Source: an uncultured Bacilli bacterium (lineage in GTDB: Bacteria > Bacillota_I > Bacilli_A > RF39 > UBA660). Taken from it: a stretch of 64,000 nt of DNA. The notes below the pieces were generated by a model. The model saw only the letters and a program-made list of their open reading frames with translations, was not told where the DNA came from and made no database searches. The stretch is taken from assembly GCA_947629935.1 (NCBI GenBank), contig CANRFQ010000003.1, positions 10,986 through 74,985 on the forward strand, written 5' to 3'. Within the stretch, counting starts at the first letter, position 1. Every line of letters begins with the position of its first letter. Positions 1 through 9,701 of the stretch are shown piece by piece. A program made the translations under genes and the position numbers.

Positions 1-571
1 CACTCTTGAGAATGTAACCTTAACTGATACAAATAATAAATTAAATGGCCAATCTACAACTTATAAAAATATATTTTTATATCAATCTATGAGTGGAGAT
101 GCTTCTACGGGTGTATCAGAATTTAGTGCTACTGATTCTGAAATAACGACAAATAAAGGTGATACTTTCTATATTACAAATACAAGTGCTAAAATTACTT
201 TAAATAATAATAAATTTATCAATAATGATTCTGCTGGTAACTTTTTAAGAGCAGGGAAGGATTCTTGGGGAAATGATGGAAGTAATGGTGGTCTTGTAGA
301 ATTATCAATGGAAAATCAAGAAGCTAAAGGGAATATTGTGATAGATTCTATTTCTACTCTTGATATGACAATGGGCACAAATTCTTATTATGAGGGAACA
401 ATAAATGGCGAAAATAGGGCAAAAGAGTTAAAATTAAAATTAGATAAAACATCTAAAATCAAATTAACGGGTGACAGTTATATAACTGCCCTTGATAATG
501 CGGATAGTAGCAATAGTAATATTGATTTTAATGGATATAAATTGTATGTAAATGGGAAGGCCATAAATTAA
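1..571 (+). CDS. 5'-truncated secreted repeat protein (beta-helix / DUF4097-like putative adhesin); the ORF is open to the window start
   Basis: The frame stays open from nt 2 with no stop. Asn/Thr/Gly-rich repeats (ITLNNNKFINND..., IKLTGDSYITALDN...) suggest a right-handed beta-helix. It lies directly upstream of the two-component-system / ABC module, as LiaG-like proteins do. Confidence 0.35.
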   Translation, partial: TLENVTLTDTNNKLNGQSTTYKNIFLYQSMSGDASTGVSEFSATDSEITTNKGDTFYITNTSAKITLNNNKFINNDSAGNFLRAGKDSWGNDGSNGGLVELSMENQEAKGNIVIDSISTLDMTMGTNSYYEGTINGENRAKELKLKLDKTSKIKLTGDSYITALDNADSSNSNIDFNGYKLYVNGKAIN

Positions 572-588
572 AAAATAGAGGTGGTAAG

Positions 589-1266
589 ATGAGAATTTTA
601 GTTGTTGAAGATGAAGAAGCTATTGCTGATATTATTGCAACAAAACTTCGTAAAGAAAAATATGAAGTTGATACCAGTTTGGATGGTGAAGACGGATTAT
701 ATAATGCCATGAGTAATATTTATGATTTAATCATTCTGGATATAATGTTACCTAAAATGAACGGATTAGAAATATTAAAAGAGATAAAAGAAAATGATAT
801 AAGTGCTAAAGTAATCATGCTTACTGCCAAATCGGAATTAGACGATAAATTAAAGGGCTTTGATACGGGAGCAGACGATTATGTAACAAAACCTTTTCAT
901 ATCGAAGAATTAATTGCGCGGGTAAATGTGCAATTAAGGAATAAAGGAAATAGTAAAGTTAAGGATATATTAGAATATAGCGATTTAGCCTTAAATATTA
1001 GAACTTCTACATTAACCTGTGTAAAGACAAATGAGGCAATAAATATCCCTTATCGTGAATTTCTCCTACTTGAATATTTTATGAATAATAAAGAACAAAT
1101 TATATCCAAAGAACAAATTTATGATAAAGTTTGGGGAATTGATACAGATTTTGAATCAAATAATTTAGAAGCGTATTTATCCTTTTTAAGAAAGAAAATA
1201 AAAATTATCGGTTCAAAAGTAAAGATAAAAGCTGTTCGTAATTTAGGCTATAAAATGGGGGAATAA
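589..1266 (+). CDS. OmpR-family response regulator (receiver domain plus winged-helix DNA-binding domain)
   Basis: MRILVVEDEE...LDIMLPKMNGLEILKEIK... is a receiver domain, and the C-terminus has a trans_reg_C-like winged helix. RBS GAGGTGG lies upstream of the ATG. Confidence 0.85.
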   Translation: MRILVVEDEEAIADIIATKLRKEKYEVDTSLDGEDGLYNAMSNIYDLIILDIMLPKMNGLEILKEIKENDISAKVIMLTAKSELDDKLKGFDTGADDYVTKPFHIEELIARVNVQLRNKGNSKVKDILEYSDLALNIRTSTLTCVKTNEAINIPYREFLLLEYFMNNKEQIISKEQIYDKVWGIDTDFESNNLEAYLSFLRKKIKIIGSKVKIKAVRNLGYKMGE

Positions 1267-1270
1267 GGAT

Positions 1271-2512
1271 ATGGAAAATTTAAAGAAGAAAACTTTTTTG
1301 ACAATTTTTATTATAATTTCAGTGTTTGCTTTTGTTTTTGCTATTTTCTTTAATGTTCAAACATATCGGCGAGAATATACGGGGATATTAAATAATTTAA
1401 CCCGAATGCGCAATTTAACTATGCAAAGACACGAACCAATTGACAAAGAAATCAAACCGATAGATGATGAACTTCGTAATCGTAAAGTTATGGATTATGA
1501 AATATATACCTTTATTTTAAATGATAATAATGATATCATTGATAAAATAAGTCATAGTGATAATGCTATAAGTGATGAGATAATAACTAAAGCTAAACAT
1601 ATTATTGCTAATAACAATACTAGCAAAGTAAAAATTGGTCTTTTATATTTAGAAAGTTATGCTTATAATTTTGCAGATAATAATTCTTTAACTATTGTAA
1701 ATATTTCTAATACTAGGAATATGTTACTTATCAATTTAGTTATTTCTTTACTTTTAATTGGAATTGGGGAAATTATTATTTATATTATTTCGAAAAAAAT
1801 AACGGAATGGATTACCAAACCGGTTTTGGAAAGTTTCAATCGCGAGAAGGAATTTGTGGCTAATGCTTCTCATGAACTTAAAACTCCTCTGGCTGTTATG
1901 ATGGCAAGCATTGATTGTTTAGATGTAAATAAGAAAAATGAAAAGTGGATAAACAATTTAAAAAGCGAGTCAGATCGAATGAGTAACTTGATAACAAGAT
2001 TACTTGATTTATCTAAAACTGAATATTTGCCGAAAGAAAATTTTCGTAAAAATGATATTTCAATGATCGTTGAAAAAAGAGCATTGACATTTGAAAGTTT
2101 AGCTTACGAAAAAAATATAACTATAGAAACTAATATTGCTTCTAAAATAAATATTTTATGTCATAAAGAAAGCATAGATGAATTAGTATCTATTTTAATT
2201 GATAATGCAATAAATCACGCCCAAGAAAAAAGTAAAATTAAGATTAATCTAACTAGTGATAAATCTGAAATAAAATTAGAAGTAATTAATAAGGGAGAAC
2301 CTATATCCCCTGATGAATGTGAGAAGATATTTGAAAGATTTTATCGCAATGATAAAAGTCATAATCGTAAAAGTGGAAGATATGGCCTAGGTTTGGCTAT
2401 TGCCAAAAATATTGTAGTATCCCATAATGGTAATATTAGAGCTTATTCCCAAAATGGATATACCACTTTCGAAGTTAAATTTAAAAAAATGAGCATTAAC
2501 GAAAAAAGTTAA
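1271..2512 (+). CDS. Sensor histidine kinase
   Basis: Two N-terminal transmembrane segments, a HisKA motif ASHELKTPLAV, and an HATPase_c G-box GLGLAIAKNIV. The start lies 4 nt after the response-regulator stop. Confidence 0.8.
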   Translation: MENLKKKTFLTIFIIISVFAFVFAIFFNVQTYRREYTGILNNLTRMRNLTMQRHEPIDKEIKPIDDELRNRKVMDYEIYTFILNDNNDIIDKISHSDNAISDEIITKAKHIIANNNTSKVKIGLLYLESYAYNFADNNSLTIVNISNTRNMLLINLVISLLLIGIGEIIIYIISKKITEWITKPVLESFNREKEFVANASHELKTPLAVMMASIDCLDVNKKNEKWINNLKSESDRMSNLITRLLDLSKTEYLPKENFRKNDISMIVEKRALTFESLAYEKNITIETNIASKINILCHKESIDELVSILIDNAINHAQEKSKIKINLTSDKSEIKLEVINKGEPISPDECEKIFERFYRNDKSHNRKSGRYGLGLAIAKNIVVSHNGNIRAYSQNGYTTFEVKFKKMSINEKS

Positions 2513-2574
2513 TGTTTTTTAATGTTTCTTTAATATTTACATAATAAAATGATATTGTTTAAAGGAGGAAGATT

Positions 2575-4017
2575 ATGTTTATCTTAAAAAATGCATGGAT
2601 TTCGATTAAAAGAAATAAAGGAAGGAATATTTTAATAGGAATAATTATTTTAATTATTGCTTGTGCCTGTACGATAACTTTGGCCATTAAAAATACGGCT
2701 GTCGATTTGATTGATTCTTATAAAAGTGCTTATGACAAGGAAGTAACAATTGGCTTTAATAGAGAAAATATGATGAAAGACTTCAATCCTGCTGATGAAG
2801 AAGGAAGGGCAAGTGCTCGAGAAAAATTTGATAATATCGCCAGTTACACAATTAATGATGTTGAGTCTTTTGCCGATAGTGATTACATCGAAAGCTATTA
2901 TTACACTTATAGTGTTGGTTTAAATGGAAATGATATCGAAAAAGCCGAAATCGAATCAAATGATGATATGCCCAATGGGTTTGGCCATGGTAAAGAAAAT
3001 AATATGTCATCTACAGATTTCAATTTAACAGGTTATAGTTCACAAGATGCCATGAGTGAATTTATAAGTGGCACTTATACAATGAGTGAAATAACAGATA
3101 ATGCTTGGGATGTGGCCTTTGATGGTAATTATGTTTTTATTAATGAAGAACTAGCTACTTTTAATAATTTAAAACTAAATGACAAAATAAAGTTAGAAGA
3201 CGAAGATGGCAACGTTTATGAATTTGAAATTATTGGGATATTTAAAGAAAATGACGATGAAAACGAGCAACCTATGTCAATGTTTTCTAATTCTGTAAAT
3301 ACAATCATAACAAATAGTAATGCAGTTGTAAATTTGACAAATGGAAACGAAAATTTACAAGCTTCAATTTATCCTACCTTTATTATCGATTCTTATGATA
3401 ATGTGGAAAAATTACAAGATGAATTCTATGAAAAAGGATTAGATGAGAACTTCATATTACAAACTAATGAAGAGTTAGCCTTAAGTGGGGTTTCCAGTAT
3501 TAAAAATATTAATTCATTTGCAACTACTTTCTTAGTTATTACCCTTATTATTGGGGGAATTGTTCTATTTATAATCAATATGATAAATATTCGCGAAAGA
3601 AAATATGAAATCGGGGTTTTAAGAACGATTGGTATAAGTAAATTAAAATTAACTATGCAATTTGTATCAGAACTAGTAATTGTTTCCTTAGTCGCTCTAA
3701 TGTTAGGGGCTGGAATCGGCGCAGTAAGCTCTAAAGGAGTAAGTAATTCTTTACTAGAAAGTGAAATAAATAGTAGTAAAGAAACAACAGAAGAAGTAAA
3801 TAAAAATTTTGGTAATCATGGTGGCGAAAGAGGCGGTATGCATGGCAAAGGGATGCCAGTTGTCGAAGCTTATGATTCTATTGATGCCGTAGTTGACATT
3901 AAAGTTTTAGTGGAATTGCTGGGAATTAGTGTTTCTCTAGTATTAATAAGTTCAATTGCTTCAATGGTTAGTATTCAAAGATTTTCACCACTTACAATAT
4001 TGAAAGAGAGGTCTTAA
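2575..4017 (+). CDS. ABC transporter permease, FtsX/MacB-like (N-terminal TM segment, large extracytoplasmic domain, C-terminal 3-TM FtsX module)
   Basis: Hydrophobic N-terminal segment, then a large hydrophilic domain, then a C-terminal FtsX-like hydrophobic block (IGVLRTIGISKLKL...). RBS AAGGAGGA precedes the start. Confidence 0.7.
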   Translation: MFILKNAWISIKRNKGRNILIGIIILIIACACTITLAIKNTAVDLIDSYKSAYDKEVTIGFNRENMMKDFNPADEEGRASAREKFDNIASYTINDVESFADSDYIESYYYTYSVGLNGNDIEKAEIESNDDMPNGFGHGKENNMSSTDFNLTGYSSQDAMSEFISGTYTMSEITDNAWDVAFDGNYVFINEELATFNNLKLNDKIKLEDEDGNVYEFEIIGIFKENDDENEQPMSMFSNSVNTIITNSNAVVNLTNGNENLQASIYPTFIIDSYDNVEKLQDEFYEKGLDENFILQTNEELALSGVSSIKNINSFATTFLVITLIIGGIVLFIINMINIRERKYEIGVLRTIGISKLKLTMQFVSELVIVSLVALMLGAGIGAVSSKGVSNSLLESEINSSKETTEEVNKNFGNHGGERGGMHGKGMPVVEAYDSIDAVVDIKVLVELLGISVSLVLISSIASMVSIQRFSPLTILKERS

Positions 4018-4019
4018 AA

Positions 4020-4778
4020 ATGGCAAATACGAAAAAAAATAACAATGTTTCTAAGGAAAAAACAAAAGATAATACAGAAGTTAAAGAAAAAAGTACATCA
4101 CCAAAGAATATTATTTTAAGTATTAAAAAAGCTAGCTATCGCTATAGTGACGCGGAAGAAAATGATTATGCTTTAAAAGATATTAGTTTTGATTTTGAAA
4201 GTGGAAAAATGTATGCTATAAGAGGTCGAAGTGGTACTGGAAAGACTACATTATTATCTTTAATAAGTGGACTGGAAAGATGTAGTGAAGGGGAAATTAT
4301 ATTTGATGGGAAAAGTCTAAAAGATATGAATTTGGATAAATATCGCAATAGTGATATCGGTATTGTTTTCCAAAGTTATAATTTGTTGCCTTTTATGACA
4401 GCTAGTGAAAATATAATTCTTTCTATGGATGCTAGTGGTCTAAAAATTAAAAATAAAAAGGCCAAAGCCATCGAACTTATGGAAAAAGTCGGATTAAAAG
4501 AAACTTATGCAGATCGTAAAGTATTAAGATTATCTGGTGGAGAACAACAAAGAGTAGCTATTGCCCGAAGTCTATCTTATAACCCGAAAATGATTATTGC
4601 TGATGAACCAACTGGAAATCTTGATAAGCAGACAGAAACAGAAATTTTAGAAATATTTAAAAAATTAGCTCATGAAGAAAACAAATGTGTAATTATTGTC
4701 ACACATTCCCAAAATGTTTGTGATACTGTTGATAAAATTTATGACTTACAAAAACTTCCAGAAAAAAAAGGTAAATAG
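4020..4778 (+). CDS. ABC transporter ATP-binding protein (MacB/LolD-like)
   Basis: Walker A GRSGTGKTT, ABC signature LSGGEQQRVAIARSL, Walker B IIADEPTGNLD, H-loop VTHS. Confidence 0.85.
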   Translation: MANTKKNNNVSKEKTKDNTEVKEKSTSPKNIILSIKKASYRYSDAEENDYALKDISFDFESGKMYAIRGRSGTGKTTLLSLISGLERCSEGEIIFDGKSLKDMNLDKYRNSDIGIVFQSYNLLPFMTASENIILSMDASGLKIKNKKAKAIELMEKVGLKETYADRKVLRLSGGEQQRVAIARSLSYNPKMIIADEPTGNLDKQTETEILEIFKKLAHEENKCVIIVTHSQNVCDTVDKIYDLQKLPEKKGK

Positions 4779-4779
4779 T

Positions 4780-6066
4780 TTAATGTATTATCTTTTTAAT
4801 TTCTTTAAAATTCAAGAATACCACAAAAATGATATTGACTATTTCCGAAATAACTAAGCCATAAATACCTATTTTAAATAAAGAGAATATCGCAATAACT
4901 AATAGTTTGATTATAACCCCATAGAGGGTTATTTTCATTGATTTGCCGGCTTTATTTAAAGCTTGTAACATACTTATTAAAGGCCCTTCTAAATAAAATA
5001 ATAAAAAGAAAGGACATAAAAATTTTATATATTCTACCCCAGCTGTTGTATTATAAATAAGTTGCAATAAATCTTGGGCATAGAAAAATAAAATAATATT
5101 AAAAGCTAAGCCTAAAATAAAAGAAATAAGTAACGCTTGTTTATAACGTCTTTTAACCATCTTCATATTCCTTTTTTCATAATATTTACTTATTTCCGGA
5201 ACTAAGGCAGAGGATAAAGCAGCGATGAAAAAAGAAGGTAACATTAAAAGAGGAATACTATAAGCATTATAAATACCATATTCTCTTACAATAAATTCGT
5301 TAGAATAACCCATTAAAAGTAAAATATTTGTTAATATAATGGGTTCAAAGAAAAAACCAATATTGCCTATAAAACGTGAGGAAACCGAAGGAATACTTAT
5401 TTTTAAAACCTCCTTGACACTGCCCATATCCGGTTTAATATCTTGTTTTTTAATACAAAAGTTTTTAGGTAAGAAAAATAAAAAGACAATAATGGAAACA
5501 ATTTCGGAAACAATGTTTAATAGAATTAAACCACTAACTGCAATAACAATACCATATTGCATAAGCCAAGGAATAATTAAGAAAATTAAACCAAGTTTTA
5601 CTACTTGTTCTATGACATTAGATAAAGTGTGGGGAAACATTTTTTGCTTGCCAAAAAAATAGCCTCTTAAAATACTTGATAAACTAATAAATGGTAAAAC
5701 TAAAGCCATAGATAAAAGTAATAAATGCGTATTACTTTCTTTTAATAAAACATTAGCAATAAAAGAAGAGGCAAAAAAGATAAAGATAATTAATAATAAA
5801 TTTAAAATGAGCATTAAGGGAATAAGGGAAAAAATAATTTTTTTACTACTTTTATTTTCCGCAACTAATTTAGAGATTGCTATAGGAAGACCTAACTGCG
5901 CAATAGTAATAAATAGTGAGTAAGTGGGCATAACAAGCATAAATAAACTAATGCCTTCTTGTCCAATTATGCGCGTGTAAACAATTTTAATTATAAAACC
6001 TAAAAGCTTAGTAACAAGACCACCTAAAATTAAAATTAATGTTGATTTAATAAATTTATTTTTCAT
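4780..6066 (-). CDS. MOP-superfamily polysaccharide/lipid II flippase (MurJ / SpoVB-like)
   Basis: 428-aa polytopic membrane protein. N-terminus KSTLILILGGLVTKLLGFIIKIVYTRIIGQEG is typical of MurJ/SpoVB/Wzx. RBS AAAGGGGAA. Confidence 0.6.
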   Translation of the reverse strand: MKNKFIKSTLILILGGLVTKLLGFIIKIVYTRIIGQEGISLFMLVMPTYSLFITIAQLGLPIAISKLVAENKSSKKIIFSLIPLMLILNLLLIIFIFFASSFIANVLLKESNTHLLLLSMALVLPFISLSSILRGYFFGKQKMFPHTLSNVIEQVVKLGLIFLIIPWLMQYGIVIAVSGLILLNIVSEIVSIIVFLFFLPKNFCIKKQDIKPDMGSVKEVLKISIPSVSSRFIGNIGFFFEPIILTNILLLMGYSNEFIVREYGIYNAYSIPLLMLPSFFIAALSSALVPEISKYYEKRNMKMVKRRYKQALLISFILGLAFNIILFFYAQDLLQLIYNTTAGVEYIKFLCPFFLLFYLEGPLISMLQALNKAGKSMKITLYGVIIKLLVIAIFSLFKIGIYGLVISEIVNIIFVVFLNFKEIKKIIH

Positions 6067-6096
6067 ATATTCCCCTTTATTTGTATAATAAAATAT

Positions 6097-6462
6097 ATGA
6101 GAAAAAGCTTGATTTTATTTAAAAATCCGCTGAGATATTATATAATAAATAAGGGAAGTAAAAAGAAGGTGTTTGTTATAGATACTATTAAATTTTCAAG
6201 TATTAAAGAACTTTATCAACGAGTAGAACCAGCTCTTTTATGTAAAACTGATGAACTGAAAAGAAAAGGATATAAATTTATCAAAAAAGAGGATGTATGG
6301 AATGCTTTAAAAAATAATAAATGGAATTCCGCTCAAAATTTATCGTTACATGATATAGTTGATGATATTTTAAATACTCCTGATGAATTTTTTACTAATT
6401 ACTTTCAAACTGTTTTTAAAAATTTAAAAAGAGATATAAATTTAGAAGAGAATATACTTTAG
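6097..6462 (+). CDS. ComN/YrzD-like post-transcriptional regulator (start uncertain; possibly internal)
   Basis: LKRKGYKFIKKEDVWNALKNNKWNSAQNLSLHDIVDDILNT matches the ComN pattern (GY..V..E.VW..L...KWK......L.V.DIL). It sits upstream of relA, as in Bacillus. Confidence 0.4.
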   Translation: MRKSLILFKNPLRYYIINKGSKKKVFVIDTIKFSSIKELYQRVEPALLCKTDELKRKGYKFIKKEDVWNALKNNKWNSAQNLSLHDIVDDILNTPDEFFTNYFQTVFKNLKRDINLEENIL

Positions 6463-6475
6463 AAGGTGAGGAACA

Positions 6476-8632
6476 ATGCCAGAAGAAAACACTTTGATAA
6501 AATACGAAGACTTAATTAAAAAGATTAAAAAATATATAAAAGATGAAGAAGAACTTAAAAATATTGAAAAGGCTTATCAATTTGCTTTAGAAAAACATAA
6601 AGGCAAAAAAAGAATTTCGGGAGAAGATTTTATTAATCACCCTTTATGTGTAACCGATATTTTAGTTTCTTTAAATGTTGATAGTGTGACCATTATTTCG
6701 TCTCTATTACATGAAGTAATCAATCATGGTAATACCACAAAAGAAGAGATTGAAGAAGAATTTGGCACCGAAGTAGCTAATATCGTCAATACCATTAGTA
6801 AAATTAATAAATTAACTTTAAATGATGATAGTGAGTCATCAGCGATTTATTTAAGAAAAGTATTAGTAGGTCTTGCCGAAGATGTGCGTGTGTTGTTTAT
6901 TAAATTAGCTGATCGTCTTCATAACATGCGCACGATATGGGCTTTATCATCAGAAGATCAAAAATTAAAAATTAGAGAAACAGAAACTGTTTTAATTCCT
7001 ATTGCTCATCGTTTAGGAATTAACTCTTTAAAAAGTGAGCTTGAAAATTTATGCTTGAAATATTCGCGTCCTGATATCTATCAAGATGTTTTGGATAAGT
7101 TAAATGATTCTATCGAAGACTTAAATTCTTATCTATTAGAAATGAAAGAAAGTATTTCGGACATATTAACTGAACACGGAATTAAGTTTGAAATTAAAGG
7201 ACGGGTTAAAAGCGTCCATAGTATATATAAAAAATTAGCAAAAGGTAAAAAGTTTAGTGATATCCATGATATTTTAGCTTTAAGAGTATTTGTGGAAAAA
7301 GAAAGTGACTGTTATTTAGTAGTAGGCTTAATTCATGCTAAATATCGTCCGGTTCCAGGACGCTTTAAAGATTATATCGCCATGCCCAAAGAAAATATGT
7401 ATCAAAGTTTACATACGACGGTTTTTGGTCGTAATGGCTATCACTTTGAAGTTCAAATAAGAACATATGAAATGGATGAAATAGCCGAAAAAGGTATGGC
7501 TGCTCATTGGACGTATAAAGAAAAAGGAACAGTTAAAATTCAAAAAATTATGGAACAAAAATTGGAAATGTTCCGTAACTTAATTGAATCAACTAATGCT
7601 TCTAGTGATACGGAATTTGAAGCTAAAGTTAATACTGAATTTTTATCACCAATGATATATGTCTTTACACCAAAAGGGGATGTGGTAGAATTACCAATTG
7701 ACGCTACACCCGTAGATTTTGCTTATCGAATTCACTCTGAGGTCGGAGATAAAATGGTCGGCGCCTTAGTTAATGAAAAAATAGTGCCTTTAAATTACGC
7801 TTTACAAGATGGGGATATTGTTAAAATTAATACCAATAATGCCTCAACGCCTTCTTTAGAATGGTTAAATTTTGTCAAAACAACACAAGCCAAAAATAAA
7901 ATTAAATCATTTTTTTCCAAACAAGATCGTTTAAATTATATAACTAAAGGAAAAAATTTATTAGAAAAAGAAATAAGAAAGAAAAAGTTAGCTATTAGTG
8001 AGATTTTAAGTGATGAAAACATTAATAAAATCTTAACTGACTTAAAATTAAAAGATTTAGAAGATTTATATCTAGCTATTGGTTCACTGCGCTTTACACC
8101 AACGTATATTATTAATTTAATTAATCAAGATCGTAAAAGTGTTTCAGATGCTTTATTAGATAAAGTTTTACCAAAAACTTATAACACTAAAAATGATTAT
8201 AAAGGCGATATAATTGTTTCTGGTACTAATGATATAAAAGTAACTATTGCTAAATGTTGTAAACCGGTTTTTGGTGATGAGATAGTTGGTTATGTAACAA
8301 GGGGAGAAGGAGTATCTGTTCATCGTAAAAATTGTAAAAATATTAAGGATAATAAACGTTTAATTGCCGTTTCTTGGAATGAAGTAACCGATAAAACCTA
8401 TTTAACGGATTTAAAAATTGAAAGTTTACCAAATAAAAATGCTTTATTAGAAATTATTACTAAAGCTTCTTTACGAAATGTTTATGTTGAAACAATTAAA
8501 AATAATGATTATGACACGCATTCGCTTTTTGAACTAACTTTAAAAATAAAACAAAAAGAAGATTTGGATAAGTTTATTACGGATTTAGAAATATTGCCTT
8601 ATATTAAAGAAGTGACAAGGATTAGCCGATGA
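6476..8632 (+). CDS. relA: Bifunctional (p)ppGpp synthetase/hydrolase Rel (RelA/SpoT family)
   Basis: HD hydrolase domain, RelA_SpoT synthetase domain (..YRPVPGRFKDYIAMPKENMYQSLHTTV..), TGS and C-terminal ACT-like region; 718 aa. RBS GAAGGTGAGGA. Confidence 0.9.
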   Translation: MPEENTLIKYEDLIKKIKKYIKDEEELKNIEKAYQFALEKHKGKKRISGEDFINHPLCVTDILVSLNVDSVTIISSLLHEVINHGNTTKEEIEEEFGTEVANIVNTISKINKLTLNDDSESSAIYLRKVLVGLAEDVRVLFIKLADRLHNMRTIWALSSEDQKLKIRETETVLIPIAHRLGINSLKSELENLCLKYSRPDIYQDVLDKLNDSIEDLNSYLLEMKESISDILTEHGIKFEIKGRVKSVHSIYKKLAKGKKFSDIHDILALRVFVEKESDCYLVVGLIHAKYRPVPGRFKDYIAMPKENMYQSLHTTVFGRNGYHFEVQIRTYEMDEIAEKGMAAHWTYKEKGTVKIQKIMEQKLEMFRNLIESTNASSDTEFEAKVNTEFLSPMIYVFTPKGDVVELPIDATPVDFAYRIHSEVGDKMVGALVNEKIVPLNYALQDGDIVKINTNNASTPSLEWLNFVKTTQAKNKIKSFFSKQDRLNYITKGKNLLEKEIRKKKLAISEILSDENINKILTDLKLKDLEDLYLAIGSLRFTPTYIINLINQDRKSVSDALLDKVLPKTYNTKNDYKGDIIVSGTNDIKVTIAKCCKPVFGDEIVGYVTRGEGVSVHRKNCKNIKDNKRLIAVSWNEVTDKTYLTDLKIESLPNKNALLEIITKASLRNVYVETIKNNDYDTHSLFELTLKIKQKEDLDKFITDLEILPYIKEVTRISR

Positions 8633-9063
8633 AAGTCGTTATTCAAAGAGTAAAAAAAGCCATGGTAAAAGTTGATAATAAATTAATCAATCAAATTGAA
8701 CAAGGTTATTTATTACTGGTCGGTTTTACCCATAATGATACTATAGATCAAGTGGAGACATGTGTTAAAAAGATTATTAATCTCCGAGTGTTTGCGGATG
8801 AGAATAATTTAATGAATAAAAGTATTTTAGATATAAAAGGAAGTATTTTATCGATATCTCAGTTTACATTATATGCCAATACCAAAAAGGGCAATCGACC
8901 CTCTTTTATCGACGCGCTAAATCCTCAAGATGCTAAGCATTTATATGAACAATTTAATGCTAAATTAAATGAATATGTTCCTACATATAGCGGAGTATTT
9001 GGTGCCGATATGCAGGTGGAACTTTTAAATGATGGACCGGTTACGATAATATTAGACAACTAA
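8629..9063 (+). CDS. dtd: D-aminoacyl-tRNA deacylase
   Basis: MKVVIQRV...SQFTLYANTKKGNRPSF... is the classic Dtd sequence. It overlaps the relA stop by ATGA, and relA-dtd linkage is conserved. Confidence 0.9.
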   Translation: MKVVIQRVKKAMVKVDNKLINQIEQGYLLLVGFTHNDTIDQVETCVKKIINLRVFADENNLMNKSILDIKGSILSISQFTLYANTKKGNRPSFIDALNPQDAKHLYEQFNAKLNEYVPTYSGVFGADMQVELLNDGPVTIILDN

Positions 9064-9152
9064 AAGTTAAAGAGCAATCTTTAATTTTTTTACAAATGTT
9101 AAACTTAGTTGAACAGTCAACTTAAATAATTGATTATGTTGCCAATATTTAA

Positions 9153-9181
9153 TTGACAAAATAATAAATTAAATATATTAT
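9153..9181 (+). promoter_or_regulatory. Sigma-A-type promoter: TTGACA, 17-nt spacer, TATTAT
   Basis: TTGACA at 9153..9158, a 17-nt spacer, and TATTAT at about 9176..9181, upstream of the 9223 ORF. Confidence 0.45.
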
Positions 9182-9222
9182 AAGGCAATAAAATGTAAAT
9201 AAAGCTGGTTATAGGAGCAAAT

Positions 9223-9696
9223 ATGGAAAAAACAATTTTTTATTTAGAAAGTAAGAAATTTATAGATGAAAAAGGGTATACCTGTTTTAAGGCTCAAGAT
9301 ATATATCAAATAATTTCTCATAAGTTGGAATATAAAGATTTTTTAAAAATGATTAAATCTTTAATTGTTGATAGCTATGATTATGTAAAGATTCAGCCAT
9401 TAGAAAAAAAAGATTGCGTTTTGTCATTAACGGTTATTAGGAAGTTATTTAGGTTATTAGAAGTAGATTCGGACTTACAAATATATATAAGTCTTTTAAT
9501 TAAAAAAGAAAGATTGACCACAGAAATTATAGCTTTGCAATATCAGATAGACGATTTATTAAAAGCCCGTCAAAATATTGCGGATACAGGTAAGTATAAA
9601 AATTGGGCATTACATACTAATATGACCAGTTGCAAGTTAGCTTTATCCTTAAAAAAAGCCAAAATAAATGAATATTGCCATAAAGAAATGAGATGA
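9223..9696 (+). CDS. Hypothetical protein; possibly the N-terminal half of a degenerate HisRS-like gene (see 9702..10487)
   Basis: No recognisable motifs of its own. It sits immediately upstream of a HisRS-like C-terminal half and is 5 nt out of frame with it; the two ORFs together total about 420 aa, the length of a HisRS. Confidence 0.3.
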   Translation: MEKTIFYLESKKFIDEKGYTCFKAQDIYQIISHKLEYKDFLKMIKSLIVDSYDYVKIQPLEKKDCVLSLTVIRKLFRLLEVDSDLQIYISLLIKKERLTTEIIALQYQIDDLLKARQNIADTGKYKNWALHTNMTSCKLALSLKKAKINEYCHKEMR

Positions 9697-9701
9697 TTTG
9701 A

